A model generated the notes under the pieces. It was not told the DNA's origin and searched no databases. It saw only the letters and a program-made list of their open reading frames with translations. From positions 32,001 to 96,000 of the forward strand of contig JAZAMN010000052.1 in assembly GCA_036229005.1 (NCBI GenBank): 64,000 nt of DNA, read 5' to 3'. This DNA comes from Myxococcota bacterium (GTDB lineage: Bacteria > Myxococcota_A > UBA796 > CAJQPC01). Every line of letters starts with the position of its first letter. The stretch's first letter is position 1. Position numbers and translations under genes: made by a program. This document shows positions 22,454 through 32,293 of the stretch, one piece after another.

Positions 22454-23174
22454 GGCGCGGCGTCACGGGCTGGGGGTCCAGCAGGCGCTCGAAGCTGGGC
22501 AGCGTGGACAGCATGCGCGACTGGAGGCCGCCGCCGGGGGCGCGCTGGAGCATCCAGTACATGGGGCGCTCGTCCACGAAGATCTGCACGCAGAAGCGCC
22601 CGGCCTGGGGAAGCCCGTAGCTGCGGCCCACGGAGAGGGAGCGGCCCTCGGCCTCGACCTGGTGGGTGAGCTGGCGCAGGACGCGCAGGTTCTCCAGGGT
22701 GGCGGAGGCCGCGTCGGACAGGACCTGCTCCTTGCCGTCCGCGATGGCCTGGATCAGCAGGGTGACGAAGGCGCTGGCCTCCGGGGACTCGGGGAGCTCC
22801 TCGAAGGAGGGCATCGCGGACAGCAGTCCCTCGACGAAGGCATGGGCGAGCTGGGAGGTCTTGGCGACCCCGGCAAGCCCAGAGGGTTGGACCAGCAGGT
22901 GCAGAGAACCCACGAGCCGCTCCTCTTCCCCTTCCTGCTCGGGCGGGATGACCACGGGGCAGGCGATGGCGGCGCGGCCCTCCTGCTCGGCCAGCACCAC
23001 GCCCGCGCCGAGCTGGAAGCCCTTGCGCTGGGCCTGCTCGAACAAATCGCCGGGGCTGTCACCCTCCAGCTCCCAGCCGTCGTCGGTGCAGGGGGCCATG
23101 GCGGCGTCCTCGTCGCCGGCGTTGAGGGCGTCGATGAAGGCTTGGGCGCGGTCGAGGGGGGTCTCAGCGGGCAT
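22446..23174 (-). CDS. Hypothetical cytoplasmic protein, candidate immunity/partner of DUF4157 protein
   Basis: ATG at 23174, 2 nt after the stop of the large gene; MPAETPLDRAQAFIDALNAGDEDAAMA (NTF2-like first helix); no signal peptide. Confidence 0.7.
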   Translation of the reverse strand: MPAETPLDRAQAFIDALNAGDEDAAMAPCTDDGWELEGDSPGDLFEQAQRKGFQLGAGVVLAEQEGRAAIACPVVIPPEQEGEEERLVGSLHLLVQPSGLAGVAKTSQLAHAFVEGLLSAMPSFEELPESPEASAFVTLLIQAIADGKEQVLSDAASATLENLRVLRQLTHQVEAEGRSLSVGRSYGLPQAGRFCVQIFVDERPMYWMLQRAPGGGLQSRMLSTLPSFERLLDPQPVTPRPV

Positions 23175-23176
23175 TC

Positions 23177-26100
23177 TCAGTTGTTCCTGCGGCGGCGGCG
23201 CCGGCGGGAGGTGCCCCCGGACTGGTCGCTGCCGTCGGGGTTGCGGGGGCCGGTGACCAGGCGGTCGAACTCGGTCCTGCGGGAGCCGTCGAGCTCGTCG
23301 CGGACGGTGTTGTGGCCCGCGGCGCGCAAGACCGCGCCCAGATCGCCGTTGACCTTGGAGAAGCGCAGGATCTCGATCATCGCGTCCTGGTCGTCGCCGC
23401 CGGTCCACCCGCTCATCAGGGTGCCCAGCATCTCGGCGCGCTGCCCGGCGTCGGCAAGCTCGTGGGCGCGGTTGGCCACGGCCTCGCGGACCTTGTCGTC
23501 GGCGCTGAACCAGCCCCAGAACTTGTCCCAGAGGCCCTTGGCCCAGCCGCCGAGCTGGCTGACCTGCTGGGTGATGAAGTCCGCGGCGATGCCGGCCAGC
23601 TCCCCGCCGACGATCAGGGCCAGCTTCACGCCCTCGAGCGCGTCGATGGTCACGCCGACCTTGGCGCCCAACCCCACACCCCAGGTCACGTTGGCGCCCC
23701 AAGTGAAGCTGAGCTTGCCGCCAGAGAAGCCGACCTTGGCCGCGATCTGCGCGCCCACACCCAGGCTGCCCTCGCCGGTGGCCTCGACCCCCAGGATGGG
23801 CTTCTTGCCCGCCGGTCCCCAGGTGATGAGGTCCGTGAGTACGCTCTTTGCGACCTCGTCCGCGCCGATCTGACGCAGGATCCACCCCAGCCCGGGCACC
23901 GCGGAGGACGCGGTGTCCACCAGCGACGTGATGGTGTTCTCCATCTGGGCGCCGTAGGTGTTCTGGTCCTTCTTGTGCCAGTTGGCGGCCAGCCCCGCGC
24001 CCAGGCGCACCTTGGCACCCGCGAACGCGCCCGCCGAGGCGTTCACCGCCCCCGGTCCGTCCCCGCTGGTCTGGGCCTCGGGGCCGCTGGCCGTGGTGAC
24101 CGCGGTCCCGTCGCTCTCGGTCTGGGTCTCGGTCTCCAGGCCCTCCAGGATGCCGTCGCCGTCGATGCTGCGCTGGCCCCGGGAGGCGTTGATCTTGGCG
24201 GTGATGTTGGCCTTGGCCTCGGCGCCCACGAAGGCGTCGATGCTCACAAAGAAGGTCGCGGAGAAGGCCTCACCGGCGATGTTGTACTGCTCGGTCTGCC
24301 ACTCCCACTTCTGCTTCCACTCGACCAGCTTGGCGCGGGCTTCGACCGCGGCCTCGAGCTCCACGCCGTCGGTGGTGACCTCCAGGCGGGTCTTGCCGCC
24401 GGCCTCCACGCCCAGCACGTCGTAGCTGCCGCTGGTGGTGCCGCCGCCGACGGTCTCCGCGCCGCTCCAGCGGTCCCCGGCCACGCTCTCGTCCAGCCAC
24501 ACCTCGTTGTGGGAGAAGCCAGCGAGCTGGACCTCCTTGGCGGTGCGATCCCACAGGTTGTTGCGCGCCGGGGTCTGGTGCACGCCCGCGAGCTGCCGAT
24601 CCGCCCGCTGGCGCAGGTCCTCGTCGCTGCTGTCTCGCGCGCCCCAGACCACCACGTTCCTGCCGTCCGCGCCCGTGGCGACCGCGTAGCGCCGGCCATC
24701 CCGAGCGGTGCGGAAGTCGGTGATGTGGTCGCGCCCCGGGCTGTCCAGCGGCGAAGGCCGGGCCCCCGTCCCCGCGAAGGCGCCGCCCAGGTTCACCGCG
24801 CCGGTCTGGGCGTGGTCCGCGTGGGACCCCGCGCCGATGGTGTTCTGGCTGTAGGTGTTGAACAGGCCCTGGTTTCGACCCGAGCCGTTCACCGCGCCCA
24901 GCTTGCCCCGGGACAGCAGCTCCTGACGCGCCGCCAGGAAGGTCTCCAGGGGCACCGGGCCGGGCTGGTTGGCGGTCCACTGGCCACCCGAGCGCCGGTA
25001 GCGCACGCTGCCATCCGCCGCGTAGAACAGGTTCTTGAGGGCGTCGTCGGTGGCCGAGCTCAGGTCCGGCGTGCCGCCGCCCGTGGGGGTCTGGGAGGGA
25101 GCGGAGGGCTGGGTCTGCCTGGAGGCGCCGACTGCACCCTCTGCCCGCATGAGCCCCGCTTCACTCTGTGCCTCTGCTCCACCAGCGAGGCCAAGCTGCT
25201 GCTGCAGGCGGCTGAGCACCGCGGGCGGGAGCTGCCCCTGGAGCTGGGCCAGGACCTGCTGGGGGAGGGTCTCTGCGGCCTGCTGGGCGCCCCCCTCCTG
25301 CTCTTGCCTGGAGCTCCCCCCGAGCAGCCCGTCGATGGTCTCCAGCAGCCCGCCACCCACCAGCCGGTCGGCGAAGCCCAACGCCTGGCGCTCGTGGGCG
25401 TCCCCAGGCTGGGAGATTCCGGGCCCCCCGCCGCCGACGACGGCGTGGTGCAGCTCTTCGCTGATCAGCTTGAGCCCCGCCGCGGACGAGGGGTCGAAGG
25501 TGGACTTGTTGAAGAAGATGTCCGTGCCGACGGTCACCGCGTTGGCGTTCACCGAGCCCGCGAAGGCCTGCGCCTCGCTGCCGGTGTGGATGCGCACCTG
25601 CCCGACCCCGGCCCCGAAGAGGGGGCCGAACTTGGACTGGAGCTGCGTGGGCAGGGCCTGCCCGCCCCCGCGAGGCGGCGGGAGCACGAAGCGGTTGCGC
25701 GCCATGGGCCCGGCCGCGTTCCGCGACAGGCCCAGGCTGCCCCAGCGCTCGTTGCCGATCTCTCCGCGCAGGTGGCGGCGGGACCAGCCGGAGGCCGCGA
25801 TCACCGCGTCCACGTCGTTGGCCTCGGCCGACGAATAGCGCAGGATCTCGTACATGGCGTCTTCCTGCGCGCCGCCGGTCCAGCCGCTGGCCAGGGAGGC
25901 CAGCATCTCGCCGCGCTTCTGGGCGTCGAAGCACTTGTGCGCGTCGTTCTCGACGGCCTCCTGCGCCAGGTCGTCTGCGCTCAGCCAGCTCCAGAAGCGG
26001 TCCATGAGGTCCGAACCCCAGGCGCTGAGGTTCCGGAACTGCTCCCGCAGGAAGTTCACGGCGGCCTCGTGGAGCTCTCCGGCGATCACGATGCCCAGGC

Positions 26101-29100
26101 GACCACCGTCCAACACGCCGAAGGTCACGCCCACCTGCACGCCCATGCCCAGGCCCCAGGTGGCGTTGGCCCCGAAGCTCATGTGGAAGCTGCCGCCCGC
26201 GAAGCCCGCGGTGGCCGCGGCGTTGGCGCCGATGCCCGCGCTACCCTCCAGCTCGGCCTCGACCCAGGCGATGCGCACGGAGCCCGCGGCCCCCCAGAAG
26301 CCCGGCGCGGCCAGCACCTGCGCCAGCACCTCGTCGGCGCCCATGCGGTTGACCAGCCAGCTCAGGCCGGGGACCGGGGCGGTGACCACCGCGATCATGG
26401 CGGCCGCGTTCTGCGTCGCGCGCTGGGTGTAGGCGCTGGGGTCCTGCTTGTTCCAGAGCAGCTCGACGCCTGCGCCCAGGCGCACCCGCGCCCCGGCGAA
26501 GGCCCCCACGGAGCCCGTCACGTTGTTGCCGCTGCCCTCAAAGCGCTGCTGCACCTCCTGGGTGCGGGCGGTGAGGTTCTGCAGGGAGCTGCCCTGCATG
26601 TTGCCGACCTCGGCCTGGAGCTGCGCCCGGGCCTCGGCGCCCACGAAGGCGTCCACCTTGAGGATCACCGCGCCCGAGAAGCTCTCGCCGCCGATGTCGA
26701 TGCCCGGGCTCTCCCAGCGGAACTCGTCCTGGTAGTGGACCAGCTCGCCCTCGGCCTGGGCACCCACCTGCGCGGACAGGCCGCCCGCTCCGACCGCCAC
26801 CTTGGCGTCCACGCCGACCTCGACGCCGCCGGTGCTCAGCTCGCCAGTGCGGCGGTATCCGCCCTCCTCGGGGACGATGGTGTCCTCACCCCAGGCGTCG
26901 TGCAGGCCGTAGGTCTCGTCGATCAGGGTCGCGCCGCCCGAGTAGATCTCGGCCTCGGCGTCCACGTTGGAGAGCACGGGGTGCCCCTCGGGGCCCACGG
27001 GCGCAGCGGCCCGCTCGTCCACCCGCTGGCGCATCTCCTCGGCGCTCATCCCGCGCGTGCCCCAGACCACCCGGTTGTTGCCGTCGGGCCCCTGGACCAC
27101 GGCGTAGGTGCGGCCGTCCGCCGCCTGGCGGATGCCCCCCTCGATGATGCTGTCCCGCCCGCGAGCGTCGGGGCCACCCCCAAACAGGGTGCCGGTCCCG
27201 GGCGCCAGATCGCCGACCCGGCCCTCCCCGCCCAACCAGGCGTCGTGGGACATGCCCGGCCGGTTGATGCCCGGGCTGGGGCTGCGGCTGTCCAGCTCCT
27301 CCTTGGCGGCCAGGAACTCAGCCTCGGAGATGCCCCCGGCGTTGTGGGGGCGCCAGTTCCCGCCCACCTGCCGGTAGCGGATGGTGTGGTCGTCCGCGTA
27401 GACGATCTCCCGCAGCTCGGCGACGGTCATGGCGCTGTAGTCGGGGGTCGCGCCGGCGGCCTCTTGCCGGTTGGCCACCGCCTCGTCCGGCTTGGGCGTG
27501 TGCACGGGGGCCTCGACCTGCGGAGGGCGCAGCGTCCGCGGCGTGCCCCCCACCCCCAGCTCCGGCAGGCCCACTCCAGGCGCACCGGCGGGCAGACCGC
27601 TGCCGTGCTCGGTGCCCAGCGCGTCGCCGAGCCGGCGGATCACCCGCGTGGGTACGCCGTTCTTGATGCCCTGCAGCGCGCGCCGGGGGTGGCGCTTGCG
27701 CCCCTGGGCCAGACCCGGCTCCACCTTCTCACCAAAGGTGGCGTCGAGCACATCCAGGAGCCCGCCCGACACTGCGCCCTCGGCGAACGCGGTGGCCTTG
27801 CGCTCGTGGTCGTCCCCAGGCTGTGAGACGCCGGGCTTGCCGCCGCCGAACACCGCGTGGTGCAGCTCCTCGGCCAGCAGCGTGAGCCCCTGCTCCCCGC
27901 TGGTCTGGAACTGGCCCTTGTTGAAGTAGATGTCCCGCCCGGTGGTGACCGCGTTCGCAGCCAGCTTGCTGGCGAAAGCCCCGGCCTCACCGTCGGTGTG
28001 GACGCGGACCTCGTCGATGGCCCGGCCCAGGATGGGGCGGAACATCTCCTTGATCTTGGCGGGCAGCGCCGCGCCGCCAGTCGTGGGCCGGTCAGCCACC
28101 GAGCTGCGCGCCATCACGCCGGCCGCGCTGCGGTGCTGGGTCTCGGCGGCCTTGGGGCGCTCCAGGCGACGGTCCTTGGTGGCCGCCCGCCCGGGCTCCC
28201 GGTTCTCAGCCCGCAGGTAGTGGCGGTCCACGTAGCCCCAGGCCCCCTTCTGCGGACCCTCCAGCACCTTGACCTTGGACCAGGCGCGCAGCGGTTCTTC
28301 CACCCCCAGGCGGGTGCCGGCCTCAAGCTGCCCGGCCCACGCCCGCTTGAGGTGCTTGGGCGCGTTCTTGAGCGCAGCACCACGCTCCTTGACCTTGGCG
28401 TCGCGCAGGCCGTTCAGCGCGGCGTCCTCCTGCTCCAGGCCGGAGTTGGCCGTGGTGGGCTGATCCGCCGTGGGGGAGGTCTCGGTCTGCTCGCTCTCGG
28501 TGACCTCGGCGGCGCCACCCAACGCCAGCTTGGCCTTGAGGGCATCCGCGCGCCCGTCGAGTTGGGCCACGACCTTGGAGAGCTGCCCCTGATCCAGGCC
28601 CCTCCGGTCCTTTGCGGCCTGGTTCTTCTTCTCGTCCTTGACGTGCTTGAGCTCGTCCACGCCGGAGCGCAGGTCTTCGACCCCGCCCAGAAACTCCTGC
28701 ATCGCGGCCATCAACTGGCCCGCGCCGTCCAGCACCTTGCCCAGGGTCGCCGCCCCGAAGTCCGCGCTCTGGTCCGCGCCGGTGGTGTCCTGCACAAAGC
28801 CCACCAGCCCCTTGAAGCCGCCCTCCGAGGGGTCACTTTCGTCTCGGGTCTCCTTGGTGCGCTCGTCCTTGACCTCGCCCGAAGCGGGGCCGGGGTCCTG
28901 CACCGCCCAACCGACCAGGGAGAGGAGGCTCCCGATGCCCTGGAGTTTTGCCCCCAACTTGAGCCCTGCGTCCGACGCCTCAAGCGCAGCACTGATGGCC
29001 CGGAGCGAGGTGCGGACGAGCATGAGCACGTTCTGGAGGGCGTCACGCCACAGGGTCTTGCGCTCGTTCTCCGGGAGGCTGTCCCAGGTGCCGACCTGCT

Positions 29101-30157
29101 CGCGCAGCATGCCGATGGTCTCGGCGTTGCCCTGGAGCTGCTCCCGCCACTGCCCGAGCTGCTCCAGCGCCTGCTGGTCGTGGGAGCGGCCGTCGACCTC
29201 GTCCTCGTTCTGCTCGCGGCCCTGGGCCTGCATCTGCTGGGCGTCCGCGCCGTCGTCCCGGGAGCGCATGGCGGGCGCCGCGCTCTGGGAGCCGCCGCTC
29301 GAGCCCGTGTCCGTGCCGCTGTCCGCGTGCACGTCGCCCAGGGTGCTGGCCTCGATGCCGGGGCCCTGGGAGAGCCCGCCGTCCAGGGTGGGCAGCAGGC
29401 TGGTGGCCATGGACTCGGCCTCCAGCTCGACCGCGTCCGTGGGGCTGGAGACGGCCATGCCGCCGTCGGTGGTGTTGGCGCCCTGGCTGGCGTTCAGCCG
29501 CCCCTCGTAGTGCTGGACCACGTGGGTGAGCTCGTGGAGCAGCAGGCGGATCGAGCCGGTGTCCCGCAGGTCCAGCTTGCCGTGCCCAAAGTAGATGTGC
29601 TCGCCGACCGTGTAGGCCTTGGCGTTGATCGCCCGGGAGGCCTGGGCCGCCGCGCCGTCCGCGTGCAGGCGCACCCCCGAGAAGTCCACGCCACCAAAGG
29701 CGGACTCCAGCTTGTTCCTGGCAAAATCCGGGAGGGGACGGCCGCCGCGGGCGGAGGCCACCCGCACCCGGCTGTCGGCGTCGCGGGCGAAGGACTCGTC
29801 CTGGCCGTGCTCGGCGTCGCGGGCCATGAAGGCGGCCACGGCGCTGTTGGAGAGCATGCCGCTGCCGGCGCTCTCGGGGCCGAGGCCGGCGCTGCCCAGG
29901 GTGAGGGCCGACTGGATCAGCGGCGCGGGGCCTTCGACCGAGCCGGACAGCGCCGCCTGGATCAGGGTGTTTCCGTAGTGCCCGTGGAGCGATGCGCTCA
30001 GGCCGGCGTGGTGCTCAGCGGCAGGCTCGGGGCGAGAGAGGATCCCCGCGCTGCTGGTGCTGTTCTGCTCCTCCTGGGAGGACCTGGGCTGGACGATGGC
30101 CTCGGGGCGAGGCCGATGGCCTTGTCGTTCCGAGGCAGAGGGGTCCGGTCGAGCCAT
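23177..30157 (-). CDS. 2326-aa protein with three DUF4157 (eCIS core) domains, SH3b-like domain and two duplicated cargo modules
   Basis: Three GG..LP...VR.H...A.A.T.G..I.F...LL.(H/E)EL.H blocks near 29510-29746, 27840-28078 and 25430-25670; WSKVKVLEGPQKGAWGYVDRHYL. Confidence 0.9.
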   Translation of the reverse strand: MARPDPSASERQGHRPRPEAIVQPRSSQEEQNSTSSAGILSRPEPAAEHHAGLSASLHGHYGNTLIQAALSGSVEGPAPLIQSALTLGSAGLGPESAGSGMLSNSAVAAFMARDAEHGQDESFARDADSRVRVASARGGRPLPDFARNKLESAFGGVDFSGVRLHADGAAAQASRAINAKAYTVGEHIYFGHGKLDLRDTGSIRLLLHELTHVVQHYEGRLNASQGANTTDGGMAVSSPTDAVELEAESMATSLLPTLDGGLSQGPGIEASTLGDVHADSGTDTGSSGGSQSAAPAMRSRDDGADAQQMQAQGREQNEDEVDGRSHDQQALEQLGQWREQLQGNAETIGMLREQVGTWDSLPENERKTLWRDALQNVLMLVRTSLRAISAALEASDAGLKLGAKLQGIGSLLSLVGWAVQDPGPASGEVKDERTKETRDESDPSEGGFKGLVGFVQDTTGADQSADFGAATLGKVLDGAGQLMAAMQEFLGGVEDLRSGVDELKHVKDEKKNQAAKDRRGLDQGQLSKVVAQLDGRADALKAKLALGGAAEVTESEQTETSPTADQPTTANSGLEQEDAALNGLRDAKVKERGAALKNAPKHLKRAWAGQLEAGTRLGVEEPLRAWSKVKVLEGPQKGAWGYVDRHYLRAENREPGRAATKDRRLERPKAAETQHRSAAGVMARSSVADRPTTGGAALPAKIKEMFRPILGRAIDEVRVHTDGEAGAFASKLAANAVTTGRDIYFNKGQFQTSGEQGLTLLAEELHHAVFGGGKPGVSQPGDDHERKATAFAEGAVSGGLLDVLDATFGEKVEPGLAQGRKRHPRRALQGIKNGVPTRVIRRLGDALGTEHGSGLPAGAPGVGLPELGVGGTPRTLRPPQVEAPVHTPKPDEAVANRQEAAGATPDYSAMTVAELREIVYADDHTIRYRQVGGNWRPHNAGGISEAEFLAAKEELDSRSPSPGINRPGMSHDAWLGGEGRVGDLAPGTGTLFGGGPDARGRDSIIEGGIRQAADGRTYAVVQGPDGNNRVVWGTRGMSAEEMRQRVDERAAAPVGPEGHPVLSNVDAEAEIYSGGATLIDETYGLHDAWGEDTIVPEEGGYRRTGELSTGGVEVGVDAKVAVGAGGLSAQVGAQAEGELVHYQDEFRWESPGIDIGGESFSGAVILKVDAFVGAEARAQLQAEVGNMQGSSLQNLTARTQEVQQRFEGSGNNVTGSVGAFAGARVRLGAGVELLWNKQDPSAYTQRATQNAAAMIAVVTAPVPGLSWLVNRMGADEVLAQVLAAPGFWGAAGSVRIAWVEAELEGSAGIGANAAATAGFAGGSFHMSFGANATWGLGMGVQVGVTFGVLDGGRLGIVIAGELHEAAVNFLREQFRNLSAWGSDLMDRFWSWLSADDLAQEAVENDAHKCFDAQKRGEMLASLASGWTGGAQEDAMYEILRYSSAEANDVDAVIAASGWSRRHLRGEIGNERWGSLGLSRNAAGPMARNRFVLPPPRGGGQALPTQLQSKFGPLFGAGVGQVRIHTGSEAQAFAGSVNANAVTVGTDIFFNKSTFDPSSAAGLKLISEELHHAVVGGGGPGISQPGDAHERQALGFADRLVGGGLLETIDGLLGGSSRQEQEGGAQQAAETLPQQVLAQLQGQLPPAVLSRLQQQLGLAGGAEAQSEAGLMRAEGAVGASRQTQPSAPSQTPTGGGTPDLSSATDDALKNLFYAADGSVRYRRSGGQWTANQPGPVPLETFLAARQELLSRGKLGAVNGSGRNQGLFNTYSQNTIGAGSHADHAQTGAVNLGGAFAGTGARPSPLDSPGRDHITDFRTARDGRRYAVATGADGRNVVVWGARDSSDEDLRQRADRQLAGVHQTPARNNLWDRTAKEVQLAGFSHNEVWLDESVAGDRWSGAETVGGGTTSGSYDVLGVEAGGKTRLEVTTDGVELEAAVEARAKLVEWKQKWEWQTEQYNIAGEAFSATFFVSIDAFVGAEAKANITAKINASRGQRSIDGDGILEGLETETQTESDGTAVTTASGPEAQTSGDGPGAVNASAGAFAGAKVRLGAGLAANWHKKDQNTYGAQMENTITSLVDTASSAVPGLGWILRQIGADEVAKSVLTDLITWGPAGKKPILGVEATGEGSLGVGAQIAAKVGFSGGKLSFTWGANVTWGVGLGAKVGVTIDALEGVKLALIVGGELAGIAADFITQQVSQLGGWAKGLWDKFWGWFSADDKVREAVANRAHELADAGQRAEMLGTLMSGWTGGDDQDAMIEILRFSKVNGDLGAVLRAAGHNTVRDELDGSRRTEFDRLVTGPRNPDGSDQSGGTSRRRRRRRNN

Positions 30158-30258
30158 TCGTGCTCCCTTCGGCGCCGAGCCTCAACATAGCAGACTCAAG
30201 GTGGAGGATCCCCCCCTTTGTGGCCGCTGTCAGGGCGCCGCTTCCCTGACCCCCGGCC

Positions 30259-30567
30259 TCAGAAGCAGGCGGTCTCCGAGCCCACCTGGTCGCCGCCCTG
30301 GACGAACTCCACCTGCTGGCAGGTCTGGCTGGCGTCCGCGCACTGGAACTCGTCCGCGCCCACGCAGAGCTCGTGGCACTGCCGGTCCCCCACCGGCTCG
30401 TCGCAGACCTCCTGGCCGTTCTGGGTGTAGCAGGCGTAGACAAAGTGGCAGATCTCGTCCTCGCCGCAGTCGCTGTTGTCGCAGCAGGCGCGGTCTTCGG
30501 CCTCGCAGGCGTCGCGGGGGTGGACGGCGGGCTCCGCGCAGGCGATGGCCAGCAGCAGCGCAATCAT
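30259..30567 (-). CDS. Small Cys-rich lipoprotein
   Basis: MIALLLAIAC followed by a Cys-rich body; ATGA overlap with the upstream gene and GGAGG RBS. Confidence 0.8.
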   Translation of the reverse strand: MIALLLAIACAEPAVHPRDACEAEDRACCDNSDCGEDEICHFVYACYTQNGQEVCDEPVGDRQCHELCVGADEFQCADASQTCQQVEFVQGGDQVGSETACF

Positions 30568-31004
30568 GGGACCTCCTCGGGCGCCCAGGTTCCGCTGGGG
30601 CCGTGGTCTTTGGTGAGCACCAGGCTGCGCTGGGTGTGGGGGCTGACGCAGCGCCCCTCCTTCCACTGGAAGGGCGGGATCAGGCAGTCCCAGGCCCCCC
30701 CTCGCAGCGGGTGGAGCACGTGTCGCCACCAGCGGGCGTCCTGGCCAATGGTCGTCTCCACCGTCCGGTAGCCCGGCAGGCTCACGCGCAGGTGGAAGCG
30801 GCAGCGTCGACGCACCCGCTTTTTGGGGTCGCAGCCCGTGTCCGCGCGCAGGTGCGGCCAGGTCACCACCGTGAACTCCAGAGGCGTGGTCCCCACCGTG
30901 CGGCGGTTGACCTGCACCTGAGCGCCCGGCGGCTCCGTCTCGACGCGGACCTTGTGGGGGAAGCACCCCAGGAAGGCGCCCAGCAGCAGGAGGGTTTGCA
31001 GCAT
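30564..31004 (-). CDS. PEGA-domain lipoprotein
   Basis: LGAFLGC lipobox; VETEPPGAQVQVN...GTTPL...VSLPGY. Start is 31004 or 31010. Confidence 0.8.
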   Translation of the reverse strand: MLQTLLLLGAFLGCFPHKVRVETEPPGAQVQVNRRTVGTTPLEFTVVTWPHLRADTGCDPKKRVRRRCRFHLRVSLPGYRTVETTIGQDARWWRHVLHPLRGGAWDCLIPPFQWKEGRCVSPHTQRSLVLTKDHGPSGTWAPEEVP

Positions 31005-31050
31005 GCGCATAGAATAGTCCGCCCTGCCCTCCCCGCCCTCTGGTGCCTCC

Positions 31051-31512
31051 GTGTCTCTGCTGCTCCTGCTCCTGCTCCAAGCGCCCACCGCCCAGGCCGC
31101 AGACCGACAGGCCCGCGTGGAGCTCCGCCAGAAGCGCCGCGCGACCGCCCAGCTCCAGGAGATCACCGACAGCTACTGGCAGGCCCTGCGCTGGAACAAG
31201 GTCGAGCAGGCCGCCGCCTTCCTGGTGGACCCGGACGAGCGCATGGACTGGATCGCCCAGGGCGTGTCCGAGCCGGGCAAGAGCTTCCGCGGCGTGCGCA
31301 TCCTGCACATCGAGGTCGGCCCCGGCCTGGAGGACGACCCCGAGGGCGATGAGCGCGAGGCCACCGTGCTGATCGAGGTCGAGGTCTACGGCAGCGATCA
31401 GGTCATCCGCCGCGAGGTGCGCCAGCAGACCTGGGTGCTCCGGGACGGGAGCTGGTACGTCGCCCCAGGCCAGCGCGTCGGAGAGCCTCGTCCCCAGCCA
31501 TCCGGGGGTTAG
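31051..31512 (+). CDS. Exported hypothetical protein
   Basis: Hydrophobic N-terminus ending AQA; YWQALRW...QTWVLRDGSWY. Confidence 0.7.
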   Translation: MSLLLLLLLQAPTAQAADRQARVELRQKRRATAQLQEITDSYWQALRWNKVEQAAAFLVDPDERMDWIAQGVSEPGKSFRGVRILHIEVGPGLEDDPEGDEREATVLIEVEVYGSDQVIRREVRQQTWVLRDGSWYVAPGQRVGEPRPQPSGG

Positions 31513-31522
31513 GTTGCCGCCA

Positions 31523-32254
31523 ATGAACGGCCCCTCCGATCCCACGCAGCACCAGATGGACCCCAAGCTCGAGGCCGCCCTGGAAGCGATCCTGGGCCCC
31601 CTCTCCCGCTACCACGACCACCAGGTCGTCGGGCTCGACAATGTGCCCCGCTCCGGCGGCGTGCTGATGGCCTTCTCCCACAGCTTCGCGACCTACGACG
31701 GCTTCCTGACGGGCCACAAGATCTACCACCACACCGGCCGCCTCCCCCTGGCGCTGGGCGACAACCTGATCTTCAGGATCCCCGCCCTGCGCAAGCTGGC
31801 GTGGGACATCGGGATCCGGCCGGGCAACCACGAGAACGGGCAGGCGCTTCTGGCCCAGGGCGCCATGCTGATGCTCGCCCCCGGCGGGATGCGCGAGTCC
31901 CTGCGCCCCAGCACCCACTACGGGAAGGTCGAGTGGGGCCGCCGCAAGGGCTTCGTGAGGCTGGCGATCCGCGCCCAGGCGCCCGTCCAGCTCGTGGCCT
32001 GCGGGGCGGCGGACGAGATCTACCTGCTCAAGCAGAACCGGGTGACCTCGCTTGCGTACGAGCGTCTCAAGATCCCCGTGCCGCTGGCGATGGGCAGACG
32101 GGGAACCCCGATCCCCCGAAAGGTCCCGCTCCGCGCCTTCATCTCCCCCCTCTTCCACCCGCCCGAGCTGGACGAGGAGAACTTCGAGGCCCAGGTCACT
32201 GCATTCCACACCACCCTGGTCTCTGAGATGCAGGCCCTCATGCAGAAGCGCTAG
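31523..32254 (+). CDS. Lysophospholipid/monoacylglycerol acyltransferase family
   Basis: GLDNVP, HSFATYD (HxxxxxD), APGGMRE, RKGFVRLA. Confidence 0.88.
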   Translation: MNGPSDPTQHQMDPKLEAALEAILGPLSRYHDHQVVGLDNVPRSGGVLMAFSHSFATYDGFLTGHKIYHHTGRLPLALGDNLIFRIPALRKLAWDIGIRPGNHENGQALLAQGAMLMLAPGGMRESLRPSTHYGKVEWGRRKGFVRLAIRAQAPVQLVACGAADEIYLLKQNRVTSLAYERLKIPVPLAMGRRGTPIPRKVPLRAFISPLFHPPELDEENFEAQVTAFHTTLVSEMQALMQKR

Positions 32255-32293
32255 GCATCGGCGAGGTCAGGCGCAGGCAGCCGGACTGCGAGG

